From contig JBHGNT010000004.1 of NCBI GenBank assembly GCA_043228905.1, positions 2,852,001-2,916,000 on the forward strand: a stretch of 64,000 bases of DNA, given 5' to 3'. Shown piece by piece: positions 30,203-41,435 of the stretch; positions within the stretch are counted from its first letter, which is position 1; each line of letters begins with the position of its first letter. This stretch comes from Azolla caroliniana (Eukaryota; Plantae; Polypodiophyta). The position numbers and the translations under genes were made by a program. A model generated the notes under the pieces. The model made no database searches and was not told the origin of the DNA. It saw nothing but the letters and a program-made list of their open reading frames with translations.

Positions 30203-30642
30203 TGCTCTTCCTTAGTTCTTTCTTTCTTTCTTTCTTCCTTCCTTCTTCTTTCTTGTAATGGAGGGTGGGTTATTTCTTTCTTAGCCTCTCATCATCTTCT
30301 TCTTCTTCTTCCTCCTCTGATTGTTATATCATAATAACACAAACAATGGAAAGCCAAATAAAATATCACAAGATTTTTTTTACCAGAAGAAACAGAGCCT
30401 TTATTCAAGACCACATAATTGATGTACATATATATGATACATATAACATACATACATGATATACATATTGATACATACAACATGCATGCATACATACATA
30501 CGCTCGTTGCTATCCTGCACCAAATCATAAAGAGGGCTGGTGAGGGAATCGCGGCCACAGACGGTGCAGGTCGCCTAGAGGAAGGTGCGTGCGATCTGCA
30601 CCGTCAGATTTCGATAAGGAAGAGCGCGCGAAAAAAAAAGTT

Positions 30643-30885
30643 GTCAGAGGTCGCCCAACTCTGAGTCGATGGTCACCCAACCCTGTCAGAGGTCACCCAA
30701 CTCTGAGTCGATGGTCACCCAACCCTGTCAGAGGTCACCCAACTCTGAGTCGTTGGTCGCCCAACCGAAATTGGTCACCCAACTATGACTGTTGCAAGTT
30801 GCCCAACCGTTTTAGGTCACCCAACCCTGACAGTTACAGGTTGCCCAACCGATTGGTCTCCCAACCGTTGCAGGTCGCCCAACCA
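30643..30885 (+). repeat. Left subterminal repeats of element 1 (42-bp unit x~3; GGTCACCCAAC motif)
   Basis: GTCAGAGGTCRCCCAACTCTGAGTCG starts at 30643, 30685 and 30727, with further scattered GGTCNCCCAAC motifs. Confidence 0.85.
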
Positions 30886-31216
30886 AATGTATCATTCCAA
30901 CCAAAATCTTCAAATAAGCTTGTTAATTACCCTTAAAACTTACAATAACATATCAAATAGTCACAAAATTCAACCTTAAAATACTTAAAACCGACGATTT
31001 TTACCATACTTATGTTAAAACAAATAATCATATTAAAACATAAAAGTTGAAAGTTAAAAAACATTTAAAACATAAAACGAAGAATGTAAACTTACAATAA
31101 CATATCAAATAGTCACAAAATTCAACCTTAAATTACTTAAAACCGACGATCTTTACCATACTTCTGTTAAAACAAATAATCCTGGCAAAACATAAAAGTT
31201 GAAAGTTACCAAACAT

Positions 31217-32947
31217 TTATGGCTCATCCGGAGATGATGGCAAGATGCGACCACAATTCTTGCAACAATCAACATTTGAGTCCCTTGATCTAAAGGTCAA
31301 GGCATCGCAATGCAAGCATCGCATTTTATCTGTCGCACATATTGGCAACCGCCTCCTAGCTCGACTTGCGCCTCTTTGCATTTTTCCTGTGTGTGCCTTG
31401 GAAGTGTTTGGGGAGCTGCCAATAAGATCTTGTGAAATGTTGATTGATGCTCCCCTTTTTGCACCAATTGCTTGCTTACGCCCTATGGATCCACGGTCTT
31501 CTTCGTTAGTTGGTTTCGGTGCACCTGTGTGATACACCAATGTCTCACTTGTTTCTTGAATGGACTCCATACATGCCAAAATTGCTGCACAGTCGAGGGA
31601 TTGTAACCCTTGCTTAAAACATTCCTCCACTCGTGATGTTATAGGGTTTGTCTCCTCGACTGGTTCTACCTCTGTCTCCATTTCCGTCTCTGTGAAATGG
31701 TCATTGCGCATATAGGTTGCATGATCTATAAAAGGCAATGACCCACATAGATGTGGCATGTGCCTCTCAATAATCATCCTGATGCCAAGTATATGCTTAC
31801 ATTTACTCGCAGGGTCGTGGCAATCACAATATGAACATTGGAGCGATACATTATACCATACATCCAGTTTTGTCAAGCTCAATATTTTAAACCAATATCG
31901 AGGCTCGTCCACAATATGCATTGTCGCATTATTAGTTTCATACCTCTCTAGTAGCCTTTCGGCCTCTTTAAGTCTAGTTGTTTGATCCCTACAATTTGCA
32001 CGTGGTGCAAATCTACCACTCTCACATATTTCTTGTCGTTGCTTGTACCATTCAATAACAGTACCCCCGATGCAAGTGCCAGTTTGACTGTCCCCGATTA
32101 AAACATGCACAAGATCGGTAATTGATCGGTATTTGATAAACTGCCAATGTCTCTCCACAAGATTGGTAGTGTCAACATGTCCGTAGTTGAACATTCTACC
32201 AAATTTGGGCCACAGTTTCCTCCACACACATGTCAAGCCACACCATCCTCCTTCTATATATTGCCAAACACCTGGCTTGTTTGCATATTCTACCTTTAAG
32301 TCCTCACATTGGGCATTGAATGTGGATTCCGTAATGCATTGCATGAGTTGGCACATCCGATTATAAAGGTGGTTTCTCTCACTTGCACTTACCTTTGGCA
32401 ACAAGTTGTCCAACCATGCTTTTTTTGCATGGAAGTGACACAACAAAAGTCGACAATGTGTTTGCGACCTTTGCCCATTTGTAACTATCCAAGATAATCG
32501 GTCTGTTGCAACCACATTACTTATGGCATTATACGATGTCCAACTTTTATCGATGACTATGGCATTTGGCCTCACATTGGGCATCCGTGCAAATATGACT
32601 CTCAAGCAAGTTTCTAAAGCTACTTGCTCATGGTTAGACCCCTTATCAGAACTACATATCATGTACCATAATGGGATACCAACTCCCATGGCATTTGGAG
32701 CCACAACTGCATATAATGGCAAGCCAAATTGGTTTGTTTTAAACGTGGAGTCGATTGCCCAAGAGTTGTTTATCGACAGTCGCTCACACATCTCTAACAT
32801 CCATTCATCTTGGAGCACCAAGATGAACGGTTGCCTTGCGGGAGATCCATATTCACCAGGCAAGTAGGGTTGGACATGAGCCACCTTCCCAAGATCTCGG
32901 AGGGCATAGGCATCTTGCATCATCAAAGACCAATCAACCCCTGACAT
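31217..32947 (-). CDS. MULE-family DDE transposase with SWIM zinc finger, 5'-truncated
   Basis: Motifs AIDSTFKTNQFGLPLY (D1), IVIDK (D2), LLCHFH (CxxH), TTNLVERHW (E), SWIM CDC..CKH and a C-terminal C4 ribbon (CLHC..CKNC). Compared with element 2 it lacks the N-terminal DNA-binding region and has a 24-bp in-frame deletion (FIKY^RSITD). Confidence 0.88.
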   Translation of the reverse strand: MSGVDWSLMMQDAYALRDLGKVAHVQPYLPGEYGSPARQPFILVLQDEWMLEMCERLSINNSWAIDSTFKTNQFGLPLYAVVAPNAMGVGIPLWYMICSSDKGSNHEQVALETCLRVIFARMPNVRPNAIVIDKSWTSYNAISNVVATDRLSWIVTNGQRSQTHCRLLLCHFHAKKAWLDNLLPKVSASERNHLYNRMCQLMQCITESTFNAQCEDLKVEYANKPGVWQYIEGGWCGLTCVWRKLWPKFGRMFNYGHVDTTNLVERHWQFIKYRSITDLVHVLIGDSQTGTCIGGTVIEWYKQRQEICESGRFAPRANCRDQTTRLKEAERLLERYETNNATMHIVDEPRYWFKILSLTKLDVWYNVSLQCSYCDCHDPASKCKHILGIRMIIERHMPHLCGSLPFIDHATYMRNDHFTETEMETEVEPVEETNPITSRVEECFKQGLQSLDCAAILACMESIQETSETLVYHTGAPKPTNEEDRGSIGRKQAIGAKRGASINISQDLIGSSPNTSKAHTGKMQRGASRARRRLPICATDKMRCLHCDALTFRSRDSNVDCCKNCGRILPSSPDEP

Positions 32948-33154
32948 GGCCGATGCATGGTTGCGGAGTATGGTGATGCATAACCATCCTCAGAATCATA
33001 CAAGGACGTGATTAAATCTATTTCGTTGGGATTCATCTCGAATGAATCTAACTAATCTGATTAAGAATCTAACTAATCTGGTTATAAGAATCTAACTAAT
33101 CTGATTATAACTGATTAAGAATCCCCCTAATTGTTGGGAATAATTGTTGGGAAC

Positions 33155-33638
33155 AATAATTGTTGGGAACAACATTTCCATTAACAAGTAATCGCGTTTA
33201 CAATACCACAACTTGCGATTGGTTTAAAACCATACATTCAGAACATCCACAATAATTGTTGGGAACAACATTTCCATTAACAAGTAATCGCGTTTACAAT
33301 ACCACAACTTGCGATTGGTTTAAAACCATACATTCAGAACATCCACAATAATTGTTGGGAACAACATTTCCATTAACAAGTAATCGCGTTTACAATACCA
33401 CAACTTGCGATTGGTTTAAAACCATACATTCAGAACATCCACAATAATTGTTGGGAACAACATTTCCATTAACAAGTAATCGCGTTTACAATACCACAAC
33501 TTGCGATTGGTTTAAAACCATACATTCAGAACATCCACAATAATTGTTGGGAACAACATTTCCATTAACAAGTAATCGCGTTTACAATACCACAACTTGC
33601 GATTGGTTTAAAACCATACATTCAGATCATCCACAATA
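33155..33638. repeat. 96-bp tandem array, 5 near-identical copies (inside element 1)
   Basis: AATAATTGTTGGGAACAACATTTCC... starts at 33155, 33251, 33347, 33443 and 33539; a degenerate partial copy at ~33673. Confidence 0.95.
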
Positions 33639-33822
33639 TTCAGATTGAGATAAATACATTCAGATTGAGATAAATAATTGTTGTAAACAACATTTCCATT
33701 AATAAGTAATCGCGATATACAATGAGTCGATTCTCACTATACAAAATTTTTGGGGATTCCAAAATATAGTTACAACATCAGCTCTATAGCCAAATCTGTG
33801 CTGAAAACAACATTCCCAAAAT

Positions 33823-35453
33823 TTACAATATGGAGCCACCGGTCGCAGGTGCAAATCCTAATACCGATCGTGCCCACTCGTCCACATGAATCCGAAGTGA
33901 ATCCACTTCGCGTTTGGTGAACCACATCTCTGTGCCCTGTAACCAAATATGTATAAGAACACATCTATACACAATCCACATGAACAAGGAATTGCAATTA
34001 CACTTACAAAAGTCGAAGATATCCATCCTTGTAAGAACTCCCTCACCAACATTTGGATAGTCTTCATCACATAAAAGCCACAATCCCAACAATTTGGCTG
34101 TGTTGGGATGTGCAGTACCTGATGTCGACCATTGGGCACAATGGTGTGGTCTGACGGTTTAGATGAAATTGTCCGAATCGCCAACTCTGCCATTCTCCGC
34201 ATGTTGTCTGTTGCTGGTCTGTTCAATGGATCGCAGAAGACTACTTTGCTAGTTAGCTTAGAAGCTTGTTGTCGCATGGTGAACCACAAGTTCCAATGCC
34301 CATCAAGCACGATCGGAATGAACGTAATCTCACATTGCGCAACTTTCTTAAGGATGTCTTGCTCCTTCATTGCCTGCTGGTGTAGCTGCACCCATAGTGG
34401 GTCGATGATGGTGAAGCGTTCTGTCACCTCGAGTGGCAATGAGTATTCCATCCACAACGTGAATAAGGTCATAGTCCATGTCGATGCCATTTCACGGCTC
34501 TTGCATATGGTCTCAAGATCTGACTCGGTAACATCAAGGGCCATATCGAGACGTGGGCAAGTTAGTTGGTACCTGAATGCATGGAAATATGTAGTTTTGA
34601 GTAGGTAAATCACACTCCATGTCAATTAGTAAGATACTAGTTTATATTTCACTTAAACCCTACCTGGAAAAGTGTTTATTTGGGGTTTGAATCCATAACC
34701 TTATGCCCTTGCCATGTTGAATTTGAACTATGGCCACATCCGATGCAACGTCATCTGAATCTGATGTTAGGGAAACAACATCAGAGTTTGACTCGACCTC
34801 CTTCCGTCGGATTGGCATTTTCGGTCGTCTCCGTCTCGGTGGAGTGGACACACCACCCTCAGATGGGTTTTGACTCTCATCCACATCCGTGGACACACCC
34901 TGCGGTTGGGTGGATATCCCCGCCTTTTTACACTGTTTCACCACAATAAGACACATCTTATTATCTGAATTTTGCCAATAAACCCTCCAACAATCTGAAA
35001 TGAAATCCTCACTCATACTTACATAAGAATCCAAACCAGCTGCTATCTTCTTCGTCAACATCTCCAAATGCTCATCCTTATTGGAGTCGTATATAGTCAT
35101 CTCTTTGTCCATAAATCGTGCCACGAACTCTGCCTGTGTGTCAAGACGGAGTTCAACAGGAATAGAGTTGTATTTCGAAACAGCCCGATACCACCTTGGC
35201 GAGAGGCGGCAAAACTCAGTGTAGATACATGCACGAGCCTTGTTCCCATTTGCATCTCTTCCAACCTTATACAACAAGTCGGGACGAGGAGCAACTGTTC
35301 CTTCTGCACCTGTGTTACATATTTAAGATTGACATAAAGATTGGCATAAAGATTGAGATATTGCAACGACACCAAATCCACATACCATTTGGAGGAGCAT
35401 CTTGGTCCATTTTGTCCCCACTCGTACACATGTCGGCTCCTCGACTTCGCCAA
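33823..35453 (-). CDS. Spliced Ulp1/C48 SUMO-protease-like accessory gene of element 1
   Basis: FIPIVLDGHWNL (His), FCDPL (Asp) and QPNCWDCGFYV (Gln/Cys) form the C48 catalytic set. Introns ~34662-34574 and ~34007-33938; last exon GTEMWFTKREVDSLR. Upstream exon 34660-35277 is homologous to 46160-46561. The 5' end is uncertain. Confidence 0.8.
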
Positions 35454-35923
35454 TGTCTTCTAACGAAGACCCTTTAACAAATCACGAGTCAACATACATG
35501 CATCAAACCCTAAACCATTCTTGGGGGAGATTGGTTCGTGACATACCTCTCTTGAGTTGGATATATATCACTGTTATCGAAATCCCACCAATCTTTGTAC
35601 TTGGAGTTGGAAGTCATCTACCACCATTCAAGTAATCAAACATTTTTTGATTTTAGTACTCAAACACACAAAATATCAAGTTTAAGCAAGCAAATCATTA
35701 AAACCAACAATCAAAATATAGATGATTAAATCAAGTTTAAGCAAGCAAATCTAGTGAACGCAAGATCATAATAAGTTTGATAGGCCTCACCTATAGTGTG
35801 GATAAGAGTGGTTACATCCTCTTCTAGATTATGCCTTCAAGATACTGGCTGGGATTAGAGTGGCTGGAAATCAACAAAGCCTTGCCTATTAGATCCTATT
35901 ATACTTCACTTATGGTTCGCTTA

Positions 35924-36275
35924 TCTTCTTGTCTATAGTGACTCTAAACCCTAAAGCTTAAACATGTCTATGCATCAATATGGTCCATACAATCTTCTTG
36001 TCTATAGGGACTCTAAACCCTAAAGCTTAAACATGTCTATGCATCAATATGGTCCATACAATCTTCTTGTCTATAGTGACTCTAAACCCTAAAGCTTAAA
36101 CATGTCTATGCATCAATATGGTCCATACAATCTTCTTGTCTATAGTGACTCTAAACCCTAAAGCTTAAACATGTCTATGCATCAACATTTTCCATACAAT
36201 CTTCTTGTCTATAGTGACTCTAAACCCTAAAGCTTAAACATGTCTATGCATCAATATGGTCCATACAATCTTGCT
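35924..36275. repeat. 69-bp tandem array, 5 copies (inside element 1)
   Basis: TCTTCTTGTCTATAG(T/G)GACTCTAAACCCTAAAGC... starts at 35924, 35993, 36062, 36131 and 36200; each unit carries AAACCCTAA. Confidence 0.95.
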
Positions 36276-36492
36276 TGTTTTCATTATTATTAAGAAGCGA
36301 TGAATATAACATTGTGGAAGATATAATAACAAGGAGCATACCTGGGAATAGTGATGGAGGAGATCGATTTGTGCAGCCACAGACGATTTGTGATGGAGGA
36401 GCTCCCACCTCTTTCCCGGCAAACCCAACCTGTCAATCTCGTTTGAAAAAATGACAGATTATGACAGGTTTAGGGCTTTTATAGACATCCCT

Positions 36493-36875
36493 AAAGGAGT
36501 CTCCCAACCTGGATAAACAGGTCTCCCAACTGTTTTAAAAATCAACAGTTGGGTGACCTGCTTCTTTTATTGAGTTGGTTGGGTGACCAACTCAATATAA
36601 ACTCTAAAGGAGTCTCCCAACCTGGATAAACAGGTCTCCCAACTGTTTTAAAAATCAACAGTTGGGTGACCTGCTTCTTTTATTGAGTTGGTTGGGTGAC
36701 CAACTCAATATAAACTCTAAAGGAGTCTCCCAACCTGGTTAAACAGGTCACCCAACCTATTTAAAAATAAACAGTAGGGTGACCTGCTTTTTTTTTTGAG
36801 TTGGTTGGGTGACCAAATCAACCAAAAATTTAAAAAAAAAACGGTTGGGAGACCTCTAACAGGGTTGGGCGACCG
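36493..36875. repeat. Right subterminal repeats of element 1 (113-bp unit x~3, built from inverted GGTCNCCCAAC motifs)
   Basis: AAAGGAGTCTCCCAACCTGG starts at 36493, 36606 and 36719; units contain the stem-loop GGTCTCCCAACTGTT..AACAGTTGGGTGACC. Confidence 0.88.
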
Positions 36876-37435
36876 CCTGCGCAGCTTTTTTTTTGGCGCC
36901 TTCTTCCTCATCCAAATCGGACGGTGCAGATCACACGCGCCTTCTCTGAGCGACCTGCACCGTCTGTGGCCGCGATTCCCTCACCAGGCCTCTTTATGAT
37001 TTGTGTCATAATAGACACGTCGCATACATACATACATACATACATACTGATACATACATGCTCGTGACTAACTCCTACCAAATATTAAAGAGGGCAAGTG
37101 AGGGAATCGCGGAGAGGGACGGTGCAAGTCGCACCGTTGATGGCACGTTCGATCTCCACCGTCCAAGATGGATAAAAAGCTGACAACGTATGTCACAAGG
37201 AGCCCGACTCTACGAAAGGGAGCCCAACTCTATCAAAAGGAGCCCGACTCAGTAGCAACAAACATCAAAAACTCCACAAAATTGTAAGTGTACAACAAAT
37301 ATTTGCCATGAAACTGATCATAAAATTTCTCAAAAAAACCTAAAGATTCAAATAACAAGTCTTACATAAAATATTAAAATGTCAAATGTTGACAACCCTA
37401 AAATGAAATATGAATATACACGTTACATATTAAGA

Positions 37436-38482
37436 TTATGGCTCATGTCGGGATGATTGCAAGATGTAACCACAATTTTTACAACATGTAACATTTGAGT
37501 CCCTTGAAGCCAAGGTCAAGCCATCGCAACGCAAACAACGAACCTTCTCATGGTCAACCAATGGCAATCTCCTCCTAGCCTGACTAGCACCTCTTTGTAG
37601 TTTTCCGGAGTGGGATTTAGAAGTGTTTGGGGAGCTGCCAATAAGTTCTTGCGAGATGTCTATTGTTGCACTTCTTTTGGCACCGACTTGTTGGTTGCAA
37701 CTTATTGATCTACCATCTTCTTCATTGGTTGATTTTGGTGCACCAACGCAATACACCTTCTCAGCCACATCTTCCAATGTTTGTATACCTTCGACAATAG
37801 TTGCACGGTCGAAGGTTCCTAACCCTTGCTCAAGACATTGAAGTGCTTTCACGACCATTTGTATTTTGGACTTGAATGATTCAATCTCGGATGTTGTGGG
37901 GTTTGTCTCCTCTACTTGCTCTACCTCTGCCTCCACTTCTATTTTTGTATTATGGTCCATTCGCAATTGGGTCGCGTGATCTATAAAAGGCAATGAGCCA
38001 CATAAATGTGGCATATGCCTCTCAATAATCATTCGGATACCGAGTAAATGCTTACATTTACTCACAATGTCTTGGCAATCACAATATGAGCATTGGAGTG
38101 AGACATTATACCATAGAGTGGGAGTCGTCATGCTCAAGATTCTAAACCAATATCGGGCCTTGTCGACAATTTCAATTGTGGAAGTATTGTCGACATACCT
38201 TTCCAATATTCTCTCCGCTTCTTTAAGTCGGGACCTTTGATCCCTACAATTCGCACGGGGTGCAAACCGACCACTCTCACATATTTCTTGTCATTGCTTG
38301 TACCACTCCATTACCGTTCCTCCTATGCAAGTGCCAGTTTCAGTGTCCTCGATTAAGACATGCAAAAGGTCGGTAATTGATCGGTTTATTCTTCCCCTCA
38401 AGGCAGTATACTTGATAAACTGCCAATGTCTTTCCACAATATTGGTAGTGTCAACGTGTCCATAGTTGAACATTCTACCAAA
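37436..38482 (-). pseudogene. Element 2 MULE transposase, C-terminal part (E residue, SWIM)
   Basis: GRMFNYGHVDTTNIVERHWQFIKY and CDC..CKH SWIM; premature TGA at 38291-38293 where element 1 has CGA (KQRQE). Confidence 0.88.
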
Positions 38483-38861
38483 AACACGTTCGTGTTCACA
38501 AGTGGAAGGATTGCACATTCCACTTGTAGAATCTTCTTGAAACGCAGCAAATACACCCTCTCTACAAAAATTGGATGCACTAGTATCACATGTTCCTCAA
38601 CTTGATTAGAATTTGCAGATATAAAAATACATGATACGTCTACGAGTAGAGATCATTAGAAATCATGCAAGTTTGGACGTGTTGATAAGTTAATGTAGGC
38701 ATAATAAAGTTCAACAATGGCTCAATATGTCACTAATGTGCGACAAGGGAAACACTAAGTTAAAGACTTATATTAATTTGGTAAGTTTTACAAAAATATG
38801 AGGTGTACTTGTATCCATACTAATAAAATGAGTTATAATTTATACTTTGACCCATACGTGC

Positions 38862-39135
38862 ATGTATATAATTGTGGACAATGTAGGATAGTGCACTTTA
38901 GGATAATGTGATTGGAATAACTAACTTATTAACGTATTCAATACTTGTATTTAAAGCTGATCTAATCTATTCCTCAGTTTGTTTGTATGGGATCAAACCA
39001 TATGTATATAATTGTGGACAATGTAAGGTAGTGAACTTTAGGATAATGTCGTGGAAATAACAAACCTATTAAGGCTTTCATACCTGTATTTAAAAATGAT
39101 CTACTCTATTGCTTAGGTGATTCACACAGGATCAA
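38862..39135. repeat. ~140-bp diverged direct repeat inside the nested element
   Basis: ATGTATATAATTGTGGACAATGTA..TAGTG.ACTTTAGGATAATGT occurs at 38862 and 39002. Confidence 0.75.
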
Positions 39136-39569
39136 ACTCCGAACGATAACACAAGTGGAACTACAAGCATATAAAAACATGCGGATAACGCTAGTGGAAC
39201 CATTATCGACACACTACACAATCTAAGCAGCAATGGAATAGAAACATAATAGTTTTAACAATAGAAGACAAAGATCCATAATAACAACATTGACAGTCAT
39301 GGCAACAATTGTACAACCATGTTATGTTAAGGTTAGCTTGGACCAAAATCAGCCTCAATTTAAACTAATTCATGTTTCTCCATAAATTTGGTAGTTAGCT
39401 ATGCACGCGGTGAAACCAATGTCATAAGTCTACTAGCCAAGTATATAAAAATAAAATTGAAACATATAGAAGATTATAAAGAATAGAATCCACCAAGTAA
39501 AACCCAAATTTTGTATTAATAATGTGAAATCCAAACAAATCGGCAGTGTCATTTTCTTCATAGAGTCTA

Positions 39570-41435
39570 TTACATAGCAATCAATTCATCAATGTCATTT
39601 TCTTCATCATCTTGTGTAGAACTCTCTTCGGCTATACGTGCATTGGCTTCCCCTGTTAGCCGAGCCAACGAAATATCTTCTATAAGCTCATCATCAAGCT
39701 CGATTAGCTCCCTCGGTTCACCGGCTAATGAAGGAATAGGCTCTCGCGAAGCAGGTTGAAACCTTTCTGTATTAGTGAGGTTCTTTGCACCGACCTCCTC
39801 ATCCTGGTCTGGGCACTCCCACAAAGCCTTAATCCTCATATTTATAAATATAACCCGCCCCTCGTCCTTCTCCAATGCAATTGTATTTCTAAAGAGCTTC
39901 AATGCACATGCAGATGTCGTTCCTGTGAAGAAAGTAACAAGAATAATTCGTTATCAAACAAAAAAGATTCGGTATTGGTTATCTCAAGTTCGTTACCCTA
40001 GTTCGAGGAATACCTGTGCCAAAAAAGAGATCTAATATCCACTCTCCTTCGATAGAAAACATCTCGATCAAGCGCATCATAAGTTGTTGAGGTTTTTGAT
40101 ATGGGTTGACAAGTCCTCGTTCTATCGTGGTGACATGTCGCAATTTCCATGTCACTGTTGGATATACCAGCAGATTTGAACCTCCCACTTCATTAGAATG
40201 CTCCTTGATTCTTTGTTTCTTAATTTCATCAAAGTTAGCCAACCATGATGTATTCAATGGCATTAACGAACCGAAAAGTTGGCCCTCTATTTACATTGGT
40301 TTTTATCCTATAAAAAATAATACATCGAGTTAAGAATAGATTGAACAACCTTAAGAAATGCAATATAGTGAATGACACCTATAAATAATCCTTACCATGC
40401 AAGGTTCTCGATGCCATGGCAACGAGATCTCAAAGCTTGAGCTACCCAGTACCCTTGGTCCATACTATGAAAGACAACTATTCGCCACAAGGATGCAGTT
40501 GTTAGCTCAGCGAAATCCTTGACCATCTTCTCCAACTGTTTAAACCTAAACGGTTCATTGTCGTATGATGACCCAGTCATTCGAAATCCGTAAGGAATAT
40601 CCGCAATCATTAGTGTATATTCCTTCTTTGGCACTTTTTGGATCAAGTCGACGACATCGCCGCAAACCACATATCTTTTTTGTGGCTAAATTTTTTAAAG
40701 GAGCCATCTTCATCCATTTCGTACGCCTTGACTAAGCAACGGTCCTTTTCTTTTCTGGCTCGCTCGAGATGTGCAAGGAAGGATGTCGGGAAATCATGTA
40801 TATCCTTAACTTCTCCTTGTTTCTTACCACAACACAGTTTCTAATAGAAGCAATAGGACATCAAGTATTATTATACAAGCTCTACATATGATGAAAGCTT
40901 AATGAAAAACCACAAATACTAACCCAATCCTTGAATGCAATAAAATACTCCGATAACGCCTTATATGAAGACGTTAAAGGATAATCCTCGGTCACTTGTT
41001 CCCAAGTTATACATCCAAGTTGTTTCATCATAACTTCTTGGATCTTCATGTACACCTTATGACTGTGAAATTAGAAATCAATATTAGAACTTTGAATTAC
41101 ACCATATAGACTTCAATATTAGTATTTGAAAGACTTACTTATTGAACTCAGTGACCATTTCTTCAAGGCTTAAATCTTTGGCCACAACCCTTGACAAAAC
41201 AGACACAAGAAGTTGCTTGTCCATAATACCTTGCATAGCTCTCCATAGAGACAGCTTCATGTCGTCAGCCGCTTCTTCAATTGTCAAGTCAATTTTCTTG
41301 GCCGCTTGTGACTTTAACTCTAATTGAGGGTCAACCTTACATTTCTTTTGTCGTTGACCCTTTACCTCCTTATTCTCCCACATTGAGAAGATTTGATCCT
41401 GTAGGTCCCATACTTCTCCATCTCTGAAGGCCAGT
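39570..41435 (-). pseudogene. Intron-containing beta-class N6-adenine/N4-cytosine DNA methyltransferase (N6_N4_Mtase-like), frameshifted and 5'-deleted
   Basis: Exons ~41435-41139, 41062-40924, 40840-40396, 40307-40014 and 39922-39570, all with GT-AG introns. Spliced product: CGDVVDLIQKV..TLMIADIPYG (motif IV), W|IKTN..NAIEYIMVG, NPYQKPQQLMMRLIEMFSIEGEWILDLFFGT|GTTSACALKLFRNTIALEKD (motifs X-I-II). Frameshifts at ~40678 and ~40235. Confidence 0.85.

Larger units (their letters stand above)
30502..37022 (-). mobile_element. Mutator-like (MULE) DNA transposon, element 1, inserted in (TACA)n
   Basis: Inverted repeats ~30521-30640 and ~36886-37003 (AAATCATAAAGAGG..GGTGAGGGAATCGCGGCCACAGACGGTGCAGGTCGC). 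Encodes a MULE/SWIM transposase and an Ulp1-like gene; both flanks are CATACATAC repeats. Confidence 0.88.

Noticed and set aside
33155-33638. CRISPR-like appearance of the 96-, 69- and 196-bp periodic arrays
   Set aside because: Units are repeated in full with no unique spacers, there are no cas genes, and the context is a eukaryotic transposon.
35946-36232. Interstitial telomere (CCCTAAA)
   Set aside because: Only one heptamer per 69-bp unit, not a telomeric tract.
30502-37022. Zisupton/KDZ assignment (SWIM plus Ulp1 combination)
   Set aside because: The catalytic motifs (DSTFKTN, CxxH, TTNxxE) are MULE-type and the SWIM finger is C-terminal to the DDE core.
39570-41435. Bacterial contamination or a restriction-modification system as source of the methyltransferase
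   Set aside because: The gene has four GT-AG introns (one inside motif I), sits in a TSD-flanked insertion within a plant transposon, and has no adjacent endonuclease.
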